Shown: piece by piece, positions 1 through 12,749 of the stretch
How positions within the stretch are numbered: the first letter of the stretch is position 1
Layout of the letters: every line of letters begins with the position of its first letter
NCBI GenBank assembly: GCA_013265495.1
Contig: MU057809.1
Span: 1,913,062-1,977,061, forward strand
Direction: 5' to 3'
DNA length: 64,000 nt
DNA from: Vicugna vicugna
Taxonomy: Eukaryota
Translations under genes and position numbers: made by a program
Notes under the pieces: model-generated
Databases searched by the model: none
What the model saw: only the letters and a program-made list of their open reading frames with translations
What the model was told of the DNA's origin: nothing

Positions 1-344
1 AAAGGGAGTATCAATTGCAATATCATAAAGATTAATATGTACTTAATGGAAATGACATATAGCTGGTAGCAAAGCTGACTCATGCGATAGAAGAAAATTA
101 CTTCACACTTAAGAAGTCTTCCTAGCCTCTCATGATATACTTGCTTTAACGCTGTTAAATGGTTCATAGTGATCAAAGGCTTTAAATCTTGGTATCCTAC
201 AAAAAACATTTTAAGAATTATAGAAAAAATATAAATCTTCGATACCTTGGCATTGGAGCATCTGCAGAATAGCATTTAGATATTCAGGCCTAGAGTATGT
301 GTTTGAGGACTTGGCAGTTTTAATTTGGCCAGCTTTGGTGTAGT

Positions 345-890
345 ATCCATTGGGACTGTATTGAGCTGCAAGTAGCAGAAACACACAAAAAATTGCTAAG
401 TAATTTAGAGAGAGCAAGCTTTAAATTTAATTTTAACTTTTACATTTTACTTTCTAAAATTCAGGACAAGTATGGTACTTTTTTTTATTATGCCATAAAG
501 GAGTCAGGCTCTCTCATCCTGACTTACGACCCCTTTAGTATGGCTAATGACTTCATGATAACAAGGTGGCTGCTGCATCTCTAGAAATTGCATCTGTGAT
601 CCAGACAGGCAAAAAGAAGGAGGGAAGAGGAAGGGTATTCCAGTTGGGTTTGTCCCTTTTTATCAGAAAAGTAGTAGCTTTCATAGAAACCTCACCCATT
701 GGACTACCATTTGCATATCACTGGCCAGAATCCTGTCACAGAGCCACCTTTAACTACAAGGAAACCTGAAAAATCAGGCTTTTGTTCTTTGTTTTTAAAC
801 TAGAGTTCATTGCTCTTCAAAAAAAAAATCAGAGTTCTATTAATAAAGGAGAGGATGGATGCTGGTTAGGCAGCCTGCTGTGTCAGCTAC
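345..890 (-). mobile_element. Old MaLR solo LTR (MLT1J/K/L-like)
   Basis: Typical reverse-orientation MLT1 segments: 'gagctgcaagtagcagaaac', 'aaggtggctgctgcatctc', 'cactggccagaatcctgtcaca' and 'gagttctattaataaagga'. Boundaries approximate. Confidence 0.7.
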
Positions 891-899
891 AGGAGTTGT

Positions 900-1700
900 T
901 TGCTTATAGATGGTAATTGAAGTCAAGAGCGTGGTTAAGACTTCTCGGAGGGAATACTCAGAGTAAGAGAAGAGAATCAGTGAAAGTGTCCTGAGGAACT
1001 TCAGTGTTGAGGGGGCAGGGGAATGTATGTTCTCACAGGGCACTGAGGTGGGACCGTGAGTGAATGGTAGGAGGGTGATCACCTGGAGGAGACAGGAGAA
1101 GGCAGAGTTTGCATCACCCTATGTGCTGGTGAGTTAAGTACGCCAGGAACTGGGGCATGAACTTGAGGTCTGGCAAACGGAAGCCATGGGTGACCTTGGA
1201 GAAAGCATTTTCAGTGGTGGCTGTGGGCTATGGAGTGAAGAAGGAGTAAAGTAGTGACAGAGTAAATGACTCTCAAAGGCTCACGGATGCTAATCAAAAT
1301 GGGAGGGCAGAGAAGGGAGAAGAGCGATGGGAAGGAGATACTTGCATTTAAGACAAGGGACACTAGACCATGGTTCAGTGCTGAAGATGTATGAGAAAGG
1401 AGGTTTTCTGTAGAAGAAGTGTATTTCCCAAGGGTGATGGATGGTTTGGTGGCAGAGACATGAAAGGTAACCTTCTAACAGCTCTGTCTTCTCTGGGAGA
1501 TGAGAAAAGATATCAGCTGTGTCAGGAGAGCGATGGCTGACCTGGAGACCGAAGAGGAGGGGCAAGACCACTGATGAATGTTGTAGAGAATTTGGGAGAG
1601 AGCAAAACGTGGGCAGTGGGCTGCTTTAAGGGCCCAGTCGTGGGCAGAGAACGTGAGCTGAACTGAGATCAGCGGTGCCTGTCTGCGCAGTGCCATCATC
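900..1700 (-). mobile_element. L2 LINE fragment, highly diverged
   Basis: Purine-rich antisense L2 pattern ('gatggtaattgaagtcaagag', 'gggtgaccttggagaaagcattttcagtgg'). Confidence 0.6.
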
Positions 1701-1844
1701 TTACAGAGAAAGCATTTTTAACAATTTGATTGATATTAATGAGTGATACCTACAACCACTTTAGAGGTGTAGAACCATAAATTTGTACAAAAAGCAGTTA
1801 AAACACATTTAATAGTTTCCTTTGTCTCTGAAAGAAGTAATTTA

Positions 1845-2097
1845 TAATAATAGTAACTAATGTTTACTGAGACCCCACTCTGTCCCAGAGGCAAAGCTAA
1901 GCAGCTTACCTGCACTACTTATGCAGGCTGCACAAGAAATGCCTGGGACGCAGGCGTGTTATCTTGCCTCCATTTCGAAGACAAAACTTAGGCTAGGATA
2001 ATTTAAGTAACATGTCCTAAATCACACGGCTAGTTAGTAGTAACACCAGGATTTGACCTGCATCTCATCGATTCCAGAGTGGTGCTATTAACTACTA
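1845..2097 (-). mobile_element. MIR SINE
   Basis: 'aataatagtaactaatgtttactgag...taagtaacatgtcctaaatcacacggctagttagt...ggatttgacc' is the antisense MIR core and tRNA-like head. Confidence 0.8.
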
Positions 2098-2100
2098 TTG

Positions 2101-2181
2101 TGTGGATTGAACCACATAAAATTACCTGTTTTATAGGTAAAAAATGATAAAAGATTGGCAATTTTATGTTTCAACCTAATA
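2101..2181. mobile_element. MADE2-like Tc1/mariner MITE (~80 bp)
   Basis: Long imperfect terminal inverted repeats 'gattgaaccacataaaattacc' / 'ggcaattttatgtttcaacctaa' followed by TA; size fits MADE elements. Confidence 0.75.
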
Positions 2182-4039
2182 TACAGTGCTTAACAAAATA
2201 ATTGCCAAGGTCACTGGGCTGCTTTGTGCCAGGCATTGCCCTCACTGTTTTAACTGCCATAATCTGTTGTAACATTTTGAAATATTTATGATCTTAATTA
2301 TCCTGATTTTAAAAATCATCACATTAATGCTAATTTTTGAATAACATCCTTAGTTTGTTTTACTTTAAATGAGTACATTTTGACAGTGATGTTGCCTCTT
2401 CCTGACTCTACTGACAAATTGTATTTTCTGGTGGGGAGATCTGCTGGGAATATTGGCAAAAATATAGAAGAAAACAAACATTACAAATCTAGTTTCTCAC
2501 AACATGAATAAAACATAAAAATAGATTAAATTGGAATAGCCGCAAGCCTGCTTATTTAGTATTCATTTCTATTATCTATTTATCTATTTTCTGTATCCAT
2601 AATTTATCTGCTATACATGTATATATATAAAATTATTATAAGCCAAACTGCAGAATAATCATCAGTTTAAGAACAATTTTTCTGATTGTAAAAGCAATCC
2701 ATACTCATAAAAAAGTTGAAAACCAAATATATATAAATTATATATAATCAAATATTCTATATATGAAAAGTCAAATATATATATTTGTATTCTCCACAAC
2801 ATCTGATTCAGTGAGTGATAGTCACTCAAGAAATGTGGATTAGTTTTTAATTCAGTAGGTTTCCATCTTATATATTTGTTGACTCATGATCAACATGATT
2901 CCCTTTCATTTATGAAGCTTGTTTTTGGTAAAGGGAAGGAATTCCTTCCTAATTTCTCACTTCGTCTCCAACTTGTGAACACCCACAGGTACCAGTGATA
3001 TTAATTAAATCATCCACTCTCATACTAATAAAATATTGGTTCTTAAATTGTGTTCTTATACTAAAGTTACAAATTTCCATTTAAAATTATGAACTTAGAA
3101 ATTGAATGATTATTTTTTCCAATAAAAAAGTCTTTATTAAAAGGATAGAAAGTTATGCCTGTGGCAGTGTTTAGTTTACAAAGCTGGTGGAGGATACTGG
3201 ATCTTTTTTTTCCCCTCCATGTAATCAGTTAGATTACATGCATGTTGAAACACTTGAAAAGTGCCTACTAATTGTACTGTCTATGATGGGGGCCTGATCT
3301 TAAACTGTATTGTCTTAGGATTTTCATATAACTTTCAGTTTAGGTACAAGAATTCTTTAAAAACAGCGTGGACAATTAATTATGTGACTGAGAAAAATAA
3401 TTTCCCCTGAGTTAATTGCACAAATTACTATAGCCCTAAAAGGTTAATGATTGTCAAACATCTTTGATGCATAGAGTCTATTAGATGCCAGTATCACCTG
3501 AATAATTTAAATAACTAGACTAGTCCTTCTTGGACAAATGATCTCATTCAAAGGACAGCAGCACACAGTGCCCTTTTTTATGTTGAACTCTTCAGCTAGA
3601 GAGCTTAAATAAGTCAATCTTACGAGCCACAATAGATTCTTATATTTCAAATTAAAACAGTTTATATTTCAAAAAGTAACTATGATTGCTTATTATGCAC
3701 ACTATACTTCATAGAACTACTGAGTTACTACTTGAGGTTTATAAATAAATGTTTATATTCTATACAAACTTAGCTTAGGCCTTAAAGAATGAGGTGGACG
3801 TGACGCACAGGTTTTAGTGTGGATGTGTAAAGCGAAAGTTAGAGGTGCTCATGGAAGAAAACTTTGCGGTTATATGGCTAATAGTTTAATTTTTTTTTAA
3901 TGCCAGACTTTATTATGTATTTTTTAAACTTTGCCTTTTAATCTTTCTATTTAATGTATAGTTTTTAGTGTTTTGCAGTCATTATCCAGTTCCAAAGGAG
4001 TTAACTGGGATATACTTTTATTTTCAATAGCTGTATATC

Positions 4040-4299
4040 CTAAAGAACAGTCTGAGGACTACTAATTCCTCTAAGAGATGCTTTTCTGAAGAGGATACCA
4101 TGGTTCAGTAAATTTGGGAAAGACTGCATAATGTATCTTCTTAGAAGATTCACAGTGTACATTAACAAACCGAAGGATCTGAGAAAATTGTCTAATTCAG
4201 TGTTTCCTGAACTTACTTGATGGCAGAACCGACCATTCTTGTTTTACATAATACCCATGAATCTCTAAGGACTCTGTGCGACCTTGGATTCCACATTCA
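4040..4299. mobile_element. hAT-Charlie-type MITE relic (family not assigned), abutted or interrupted by the SINE at 4300
   Basis: 'aaatttgggaaagactg', 'gattcacagtgtacatta' and 'cagtgtttcctgaactta' resemble MER-type hAT elements with internal inverted repeats. Confidence 0.55.
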
Positions 4300-4438
4300 T
4301 TTATTTACTTATTTTGGGGGGAGGGGACAGTTAATTAGGTTTATTTATTTATTTGTTTTAAATGGAGGTACTGGGGATTGAACCCAGGACTTCATGCATG
4401 CTAGGCATACACTGTACCACTGAGCGGTACCCTACCCC
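4300..4438 (-). mobile_element. Camelid tRNA-derived SINE (Vic-1-like), full length
   Basis: The minus strand reads GGGGTAGGGTACCGCTCAGTGGTACAG...GGTTCAATCCCCAGTACCTCCAT, then (AAAT)n, CCTAATT and a C-rich tail. Pol III A and B boxes present. Degenerate TSD acattcattt / acatccattt. Confidence 0.9.
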
Positions 4439-4909
4439 ACAACATCCATTTTGAGATATATTATTAATAAACTGTAGTTCTCCTTCCTGAATCCAGTAAT
4501 CCAACATTAAAATGTAGCAGGTATGTTTATGTGCTACACATATACCTATACATATATATATGTACAACATGCCTATATAAACAAATGTATACATTTATAA
4601 GGGTATATACACACATACATACAAATACACACACATTTAATTTATTCACTACAGTACCTGCAGTTTATAACAGATCGTAGAATCAGAAAATACTTGTTGA
4701 ATAAATAGATGAAAAGATCTTACCAGTCCATGGCATATTCCCAACTGCTTTCTCCAAGAAACAGAAAACCTTAATAAGGTGTGGCTTTCACAAGTATGCA
4801 GGTGGATGGGATCTTTCTAGGGACACTTGAAATATTAAAGATAGCCTAAACTACTTCCCATACCATTTCAGTATTAGTGTGTCAAAAGAAATGGAGTTTG
4901 GAAAAAAAG

Positions 4910-5090
4910 AATTGGAGCTTGGGTCAGGGCACCCAGGGTCTGGCCTAAATTCCACCAATTTTCACTCTTGTGATCTTAGGCCAGTTATGAATTTTCTCTG
5001 AGACTCAGTTTTTCTCACTTATGAATGAGGATAATACTTAGATTGTAAGATTATTGGAATATAATGTAATATATAGAATGTATGAAAACA
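4910..5090 (+). mobile_element. MIR SINE
   Basis: MIR core 'tgtgatcttaggccagttatgaattttctctgagactcagtttttctcacttatgaatgaggataata'. Confidence 0.8.
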
Positions 5091-5252
5091 TTTTAATTAC
5101 TTTGAAAAATGCTGTTAATTTTTTTGATTCTAATCTGAGGTAAATCTCTATTATTAAAAAAAAAATGTAATTAACCTAAATTTTCCACTCTGTATATATG
5201 TTGGATAAGAAAATTCCTATTTGTTCAGTTTTGATGAAGACACTCATTTTTT

Positions 5253-5840
5253 ATTTTATTATTTTTTAATTTAATTTTTTTGAACTTTTTTATTGATTTA
5301 TAATCACTTTACAATGTTGTGTCAAATTCCAGTGTACAGCACAATTTTTCAGTTGTACATGAACATATATATTCATTGTCACATTTTTTTCTCTGTGAGC
5401 TATCATAAGGTCTTGTATATATTTCCCTGTGCTATACAGCATAATCTTGTTTATCTTTTCTATAATTTTGAAATCCCAGTCTATCTCTTCCCACCCCCTG
5501 CCCCCTTGGCAACCACAAGTTTGTATTCTATGTCTGTGAGTCTATTTCTGTTTTGTATTTATGCTTTGTTGTTTTGTTTTTTTTTTTTAGATTCCACGTA
5601 TGAGCGATCTCATATGGTACTTTTCTTTCCCTTTCTGGCTTACTTCATTTAGAATGACATTCTCCAGGAGCATCCATGTTGCTGCAAATGGTGTTATGTT
5701 GTCGGTTTTTATGGCTGAGTAGTATTCCATTATATAAATATACCACATCTTCTTTATCCAGTCATCTGTTGATGGACATTTAGGCTGTTTCCATGCCTTG
5801 GCTATTGTAAATAGAGCTGCTATGAACATTGGGGTGCAGG
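5253..5840 (-). mobile_element. Young 5'-truncated L1 (ORF2 C-terminus, 3' UTR, A-rich tail) with perfect 17-bp TSD
   Basis: ORF 5587-5922(-) contains the L1 ORF2 end ([43 protein letters not shown]...). TSD GAAGACACTCATTTTTT at 5236-5252 and 5841-5857; endonuclease site TTTT/AA. Confidence 0.96.
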
Positions 5841-5994
5841 GAAGACACTCATTTTTTAAAACCATGAACATAAAAATATGCATATTCTTGTTAATGGAGA
5901 ATAATGAATGGACTTTCATCATTCTTGCTTGAAAACTTCCATCCTTCCCTGAAAACTCCTGAAAATTAAAAAGTTCCTAACAACTGTCTTCACG

Positions 5995-6200
5995 CTTTTG
6001 CCTCAGGCCCTTTGCGCTCTTTGCTGGTCTCTCTGCCTGGCATGCTCTTGCACAGGGGATGCCTGAACGCCTCCCCTTCACTCCCCTGACCACCTAGACG
6101 CTGTTCTTGGACCTCTCTCTCTCTTATCCTGCCTTCCTTTTTTTCCCCCATAATCCTTATCACTAATCACTACCAGACATTTTATTACATGTTGTTTGTG
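5995..6200 (+). mobile_element. L2 3' fragment
   Basis: 'gcctcaggccctttgc...tctctgcctggcatgctctt...ccctgaccacc' is the typical L2 3' region. Confidence 0.65.
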
Positions 6201-8064
6201 AGCTGAAATGCAGATCACACCCCATGGCTATTAGTAAGGTATTGCGATATTTTGTAATTCTGAATTGTAGCAGAATTTCTCTGGCGCAAATTTGTACTTG
6301 CTTGTGTAGTTTTTCATGTTGGTTATTTCAGCACTTTCAGACTAATGAAGCTCTCATTTAGCGATGCTTTTGTAAAATTCTCTAACAGAGTTTGTATCAG
6401 AATATACATACTCTCCCTTCCCTTTCTGCATGGATATCTTTCCCTCCGTGAAGGAAGCTGTGGTGAAAATGTTACAGGTTTTCACTATCCAGTAATATTT
6501 ATCAAATAAACAGTGGGAAAATATTTCTCTTGGCAGACTGACTAGGTGACAGTAGGAACTAATGGAACCACTTTTTTTTTAAGATTATATTGATAAGTTA
6601 AGAAAACATTCGATGGCAGAAGTAAGGCTCCTTTTATGTGTAGTATCCAGACAAATTACAGTAGCATTGCATGATGTAAGGTTAATGAATCTGGAGATGT
6701 GTAACATTTGGTTTTGTATCGTATCTGTTATAAATGTACCGTGTTTTTTTGGTGATACTTTTAATACCATGCAGATTATAATTCTGGCTACTGGATATTA
6801 TCACTTTATTCAAAAAATTTCTCATTTTAAAAGGGTTAGAGTGAAGGTTAAGGGTTTGTCAGATAGAACATGATTTAGCTTTATATAGTTTTATGACATA
6901 GTCTTTTGTGATAATTTCAAAACACGCCCATATTTCCTTATATATTTTGTTCAGGGTTAAAAGAGCCATCTAGAAGGAGTGTCTGGTCTTAGGTCCTTCA
7001 TGACGTTCAAATTCTTTTACATGTTCCCTGTTAAGACGTTTTTCTCTCTCTCCAGAAGTGAACTCTTTTGAACGTCTATAAACATGTTCCTTCAGGAACT
7101 GTGTCCAGTCCATCAGTTACCATTTGCAAAGGAATGCTGCTTTTCTGATGAGAATCAAGCTCTGACCTTCCGGTTCGGTTTCTGTAGGTGGGGAGTGCAA
7201 CTGGACTCGGGGCTTAAGTCCCAGGGACTCGGTTCCTTGGGGGCTTTCTGCTAATTACAGCTGCTACCACCGTTTTATCTTTTGGGAGAATGAGTGCTAG
7301 TCCTGTTTAATCCCTTGGCCCGAGTAGATACTGTGTGTCATAAGTGAGGCAAGACCGTCGTGCTGAAGGCATCTTTGCTGACTGCTGCGGAGTGAGGGAG
7401 GAAGCCCAGGGCGCCCTGCACACCGTCAGTGTGGGCGTTCCCACTTCAGGGCAACGGCATGTTCGTCTTCAGTTACTTGGGACAGCCGCTGGCTTATGGC
7501 TGCCTTTTGCATTTAAAAAGAGGTTTCCCAGGTGAGCCTATGTTCCCTCTGGTTGACAAGTTACAAAGAGCTGTCCCCTCTAGGCACATGCCTCCTTTCC
7601 AAGCTGAATAGTCACAGCCAGGTTGCATGGTGCCAGGGCTGACTTCAGTCCCCAGTCATGCCCCCGACCTGGGCGTATTTGTGCAGGCCCATGCACAGGT
7701 CGTGGCCCTGCATCAGGGTCACTTACCTAGGCTTTTCTAGCTGTCCTTTTACCTCGACAAGATGACTCTGAGAGGTCTCTCATCTCCTCAGTCAGTCTCT
7801 TCCCACCTCCCCTCAGGGGCGCACCCTCGTGGTCCACGTCTGTTTCACAGCTAAAGACCCGTCTCCTCTTTGGCAACCAGCACTGACAGTGAGCCCATCC
7901 TTGTGCTAAGACTGTCTCCAATCCAAGTGAGAATAGCATCCAGCAACCTTCAACATCATGCAAGACCTGCACGCGCCAGTTGCAGTGGGGTCTGCACCCT
8001 ATACAGGTCTCTGTATTTTGAAGATAAATGTTGTTTTCATTTCATTTTTGTGTTTGCAAAATAG

Positions 8065-8421
8065 CTTAGACTGCTACAGCAGAATGCCACAGACTGATTG
8101 TCTTAGACAACGAGCACTTAACTTCTCACACTCCTAGAGGCTAGGAAGTCCGAGATCAGGTTGCTGGCAGAGCTGGTGTCCAACTAAGGCCTTCTTCCCG
8201 GTCTGCAGAATGCTGCCTTCTTACTGAGTCTTCATGTGGTGGTGAGAGAGACGGTCTCCTTTGTGGTTCTTATGGGGCACTAATCCCGTTCATGGGGGCT
8301 CTGCCTTCACGACCTAATTAATTACCTCCCGAAGGCCTCCCCCCAGATACCAGCACACGGGGGATTAGGGCTTCAACATGGGGATTTGGCGAGGGGAGGG
8401 GGCACAGACATTTAGTCCATA
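8065..8421 (-). mobile_element. MaLR solo LTR (MLT1A-like)
   Basis: 'cagaatgccacagactg...ggctaggaagtccgagatcagg...ggcactaatcccgttcatgggggctc...gattagggcttcaacat...cagacatttagtccata'. Confidence 0.88.
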
Positions 8422-8444
8422 TTAAAAACTATATTGCTTAATAA

Positions 8445-8695
8445 AATAATACTTGATAAAATTCACGCATTTTTGCTGCATGCCAGCTACCAGTCTGAGC
8501 ATTTTGCATGTTAGAATTCACTGAATCCTTACAACAGCTGCACAAAGTAGCTAGTATTATAGTCCTTATTTTATAGATGAGGAAACTGCTGCATGGAGGG
8601 TACGTAACTTGCCTGCGTTGCCTGGCTGTTAAGTAGAGGAGCTGGACTCAACCCCAAGTTGTTTGACTCCATAGCTTGTGCCAGACTCACCACAT
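8445..8695 (-). mobile_element. MIR SINE
   Basis: Antisense core 'attttatagatgaggaaactg...taacttgcc'. Confidence 0.85.
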
Positions 8696-9304
8696 CCATA
8701 CAAATAGATAAGGCCCTGATTTGCTTCTTTATCTGGAAGGCGCTCCGGGCTGGAAACCTAGGACTGGGGTTCTCAGCTCCCGCTCCGTGAGCTGGCTGCA
8801 TTCGCGACAGCAGCCATGTAGCTTCTCTAGCCCTCAGCCATTTCAGCTGCAGGACGAGGGGCTGCACAGTGTTCATTGTTAGAGCCCCTTCTAACTCTGG
8901 GTGCTCTTGGGGGGTGCACCTTCTCACACAGGCTCTGAGGGTCAGCGGCCTATACCACACGTTTGGAGTCTCATCTCTCAAATGCTGTGTGGTTGAGGTA
9001 AGAAAAAGAATTTTTATTAAACCTCATTGAGGAAAGTTATTCGAGTTTCTCAACTATTAAGTGTGAATCTTTTCTTTAGAATGCCCACCACACAGTCAGG
9101 TAATAGTTGGATGGGAGGGTGCAGTATGAAACATGTAAGTTTCCTTTAGACTTTAGTAGAGATGAGATATTGAAAATTGTTCCTTGAAATTTTAGAAAAT
9201 CAATAAAGTGCATTTTTATAGTATGCATATATACATATATATCATATAAATATGATGTAATATTTTGTGCAATATAAGTATAAAATTAAAGGTGTTTCTG
9301 TCAT

Positions 9305-9643
9305 ATATTCATTCAACAAGTATTTATTGAGTACCTACTGTGTGTCAGGCAGCATGCTTGATGCTGGAGTAGAGAAGTGATAAAGAGAGGATAGCTTGCC
9401 CAAATGGAGTTTACACTGCAGTGGAGAAAGCAGACAATGAACAAGTAAACAAATGAGGGGCTAAAATCAGCAGAAGATGTGCTACTCCTGGGACAGAAGC
9501 AGCAGCGCGCTGTGGTGGAGAATCACTGCTGCATGGAGGTGGAGTCAGCGTTTAGACAGGGCGGTGTGGGGCAGGAATGAGCCAGCCCTGGGAGGAATGA
9601 GGGCAGAGGTAGAGGGTGGGGGGAGAATAGCATTGTAGGCAAG
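9305..9643 (-). mobile_element. L2 3' end
   Basis: 'ttcattcaacaagtatttattgagtacctactgtgtgtcaggca' is the canonical L2 3' terminus in reverse. Confidence 0.85.
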
Positions 9644-10147
9644 TATGGAAGGTTGCGTAATGCTCCCAAAGGTATCCACGTCCTAACCCCTGGGACTCGC
9701 CAGCCTTACTTGCAGAAGCAAAAGGAACTGTGCATATGTGATGCAGTTGAGGATCTTGAAATGGGAAGATTGTCCTGGGTTATCTGGGTGGGGCCTAAGC
9801 ACAAGTGTCCCTGTAAGAGAGAGACAGAGGGAGACCTGACTTCAGAAGAGGAAACGGCCGTGTGACAGAGCAGAGGGAGGCAGAGTCAGAGAGAGAAGAT
9901 GCTGCTCCCCTAGCTTTGAAGATGGGTGAGGGGGCCTGAGCCAAAGCATGCAATGAATGCTGATCTGGGAGCTGGAAGACGTAAGGGAATGGAGTCTCCC
10001 CTAGAACCTCCGGAGGGAGTGGACTTGCCTGTCACCAGTCTTTTTACACTCATATTTTGGACTTTTGGTCACCAGGACTGTTAGGAGAATACATTTCTGT
10101 TGTTTTAAGCTATACACTTGTTATTGCAGCAGTGGAAATATAATACA
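9644..10147 (+). mobile_element. MaLR LTR (MLT1D-like)
   Basis: 'gaggatcttgaaatgggaagattgtcctgggttatctgggtgggcc', 'gctttgaagatgg', and the end 'tttctgttgttttaagc...taataca'. Confidence 0.88.
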
Positions 10148-10530
10148 GATTTTGGTACCTGGAAGAGGGTTCTACTGTAGCAAATACCTGAAAATGTAGA
10201 GGTGACTTTGGAAATGGTCAATTGATAGAGGATTAAATTTTGAGGTGCATGATTGAAAAAACCAAGGTTGCCATGAGCAGACTGTTGGTAGAAATGTGGA
10301 TGCTCACGGCTCTGCTGCTGAGTGCACGGAAGGAAATGAGGGGCTTGTAATTGGAAACTAGGGGAAGCAGGTTCTTGTTCTGGAGTGGCAGAAAGCTTAG
10401 CTGAATTACGTCCTGCAGTTTTATTAAAAGCAAAATGAGTAAGTGGTGAACTTGAATATCCAGCTAAGGACATTTCCAAGCAGTGTTGAAGGTAGTGTTT
10501 AGTTTCTTCTTGCTGCTGATGGTAAAATGT
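10148..10530 (+). mobile_element. MaLR internal sequence (MLT1-int) contiguous with the upstream LTR
   Basis: Starts immediately after the LTR's terminal CA with 'gattttggtacc...aaatacctgaaaatgtagaggtgactttggaa', the typical start of a MaLR internal region. Confidence 0.8.
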
Positions 10531-10823
10531 GACAAGAAATTCTGCCTGTGGACTGCAGCTTCAGTGTATGCCTGATAGTTTCAGCCTGCCCTTTCCGATG
10601 GCCTGCTCTCCAGACCACACTTTGAATAGCAAGGTTGTGGAGCACCGCGTGGGTATTTATTTAGAGTGTCAAACAGATACCATATGTACAAGAGTGAATT
10701 TGCTCATCATCCTGCAGAATGTTGACTGCTGACATGCCTTTACTGATCTAACTACAGTGATCTAAGCCAGTATACAAGAACTCTGCCTTCTCCCATTTTG
10801 GAGAGTCTGTTTGGTGTCTCTCC

Positions 10824-11271
10824 TGTACTGGGTTTAATAGCGTTCCCCAAAATTCTCATTTACCCTGGAACACGTGAATGTGACCTTATTTGGAAGTAGG
10901 ATCTTTGCAAATGCAGTCAAGTTGAGATGAGGTCATACAGGATTAGGGGGACCCCAGTCCAATGGCTGGCGTTCTTATATGATGAGGGAAATTTGGTCAC
11001 CAGGGACACACGAGAGAATGTCATGTCAAGATGGAAGCAGAGATAGGCATTATGCTGCCACAAGTCAAGGAGCACCCAGGGTTGTTGGCAGCCACCAGAA
11101 ACTAGGAGAGAGGCGTGGGCAGGTTCTCCTTCTGAGCCTCCACGGGCAGCCTCCGGTGACAGTCTTGATCTTAGAATTCTGGTCTCCAGAACTGTGAGAG
11201 AATAAATTTCTGTTGTTTTAAGCCACACAATTTGTAGTATTTCTTATGGCAGCCCCTAGGAAATGAATACA
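10824..11271 (+). mobile_element. MaLR solo LTR (MLT1B/C-like), complete TG...CA
   Basis: 'gtgaatgtgaccttatttgga...agatgaggtcata...ccagaactgtgagagaataaatttctgttgttttaagccac...gaaatgaataca'; poly(A) signal AATAAA at 11201-11206. Confidence 0.92.
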
Positions 11272-12019
11272 ACTTCCAACAAGTAAAAACTAGATAGAGG
11301 ACTCTAGCCAATCAGTTAAAAAAAACCCAGTAGAAAATGTCGCTCTTCCACAGAGCCAGTGCCTACTATGGCTGTCTCCCAAGTTTGGAGTCCTGGAAGT
11401 TTAAGTTAGCTATGATAGCTGCTTGGGTAATTCTTACACCTTTTGCACCAGGTCAGATTTAGAATAGAGTGAAAACCCCTTGAACACAGAATCAAACCTA
11501 ATATTGAACTGCGAAGGGACAAGAAAGAACTAGAAGGAAGGTTGCATCAAGTGGCGCCATGTCTTCTGCAATTTGTTTCTTTACTTGTAACTTTTGCCCG
11601 GGGCTGGCCAGGGAAATAATAGATGGACTCTGCAGAAGCCAGCTCTTAAGCGACTTTCCTGTCATTCTTTTCCTTTGTCCTATCAACCCCACATGACCTT
11701 TGTTCCCTGTGCAGGACTTAGAAATGCACTTTGAATGTAAGCAGTTGCTTATAGCAATGCTAGAAGTAAAAGGGATGTCTCATTTTGTCCCTGTAAATTT
11801 TGCTTCAAAGTACATTCTATGAAGTGAAGCTGTGTTTTTCTTTTTAGTTTTTCTATTGTAGAATAAAAGATTTTTTCCACAAGGAAATAACTGTACCCAA
11901 TATGTGTTAAAAAATAAAACTATTTAAAAGTAGATATATCTATCCTTTTAACAAATAGCAAATTTTTAAAAAAATCCTATATTCAAGTTAACATAATATA
12001 TATACGTTACCCAAGGTTA

Positions 12020-12160
12020 AATGAAAAAAAGCATGCAAAGCCTTCACAAAGACGCAAAGGAAGACGTAGATAAATGTGTTGATTTACCATAGTCACAATG
12101 GAAAGTATCAATATTATAAAGATGGCAGTTGTCCCCGTATTAACCCATAAATTCAGTTCT
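12020..12160 (+). mobile_element. Old L1 ORF2 fragment
   Basis: 'ggaaagtatcaatattataaagatggcagttgtcccc...cataaattca' matches a degenerate L1 ORF2 segment (NIIKMA region). Confidence 0.6.
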
Positions 12161-12189
12161 AATCATTAACTGAACACTTACTACATTTT

Positions 12190-12706
12190 TCATAGCAGAC
12201 ATTCTCAATCTTCACAGCAGAGGGTAGCATTAATGAACCCCATGTACCCATCACCCAGCTATGGCAGTTATCAGCATTTTGGCAATCTTGTTATAATTGC
12301 AGGGATTTGAGGGGAAGAGTGTGTTGTTTTATTTTACTGGAGAAGTTTAAAGCAAGACCAGAAATCAACATGTCATTTAGCCTGTAATTACTTCAGTTTG
12401 CATCACTAACTAAATACCTACTTTTAAAAAAAACGTAACTACTATTCCATTATCTTACCCAAAGAAATGATTAGTTACTCCTTAATATCATCTGGTTTTC
12501 CATCTACATTCAGATTTCTCAGGTTGTGTCCAAAGATGGCTTTTTACACTTGGTTTATTGGAATCAGAACGTAAACAAAGCCCTTACATTGTATCTGATT
12601 ATGTCTTCTAAGCCTCTTTGATTGTATAGTGGCTTCCTCCTTCTTATTTCCTGCAGTTTGTTTTGTGTGCGTTTGTGGGGGCGTGTGTGTGGAGGTGTGG
12701 AGGGGG

Positions 12707-12749
<43 letters not shown>

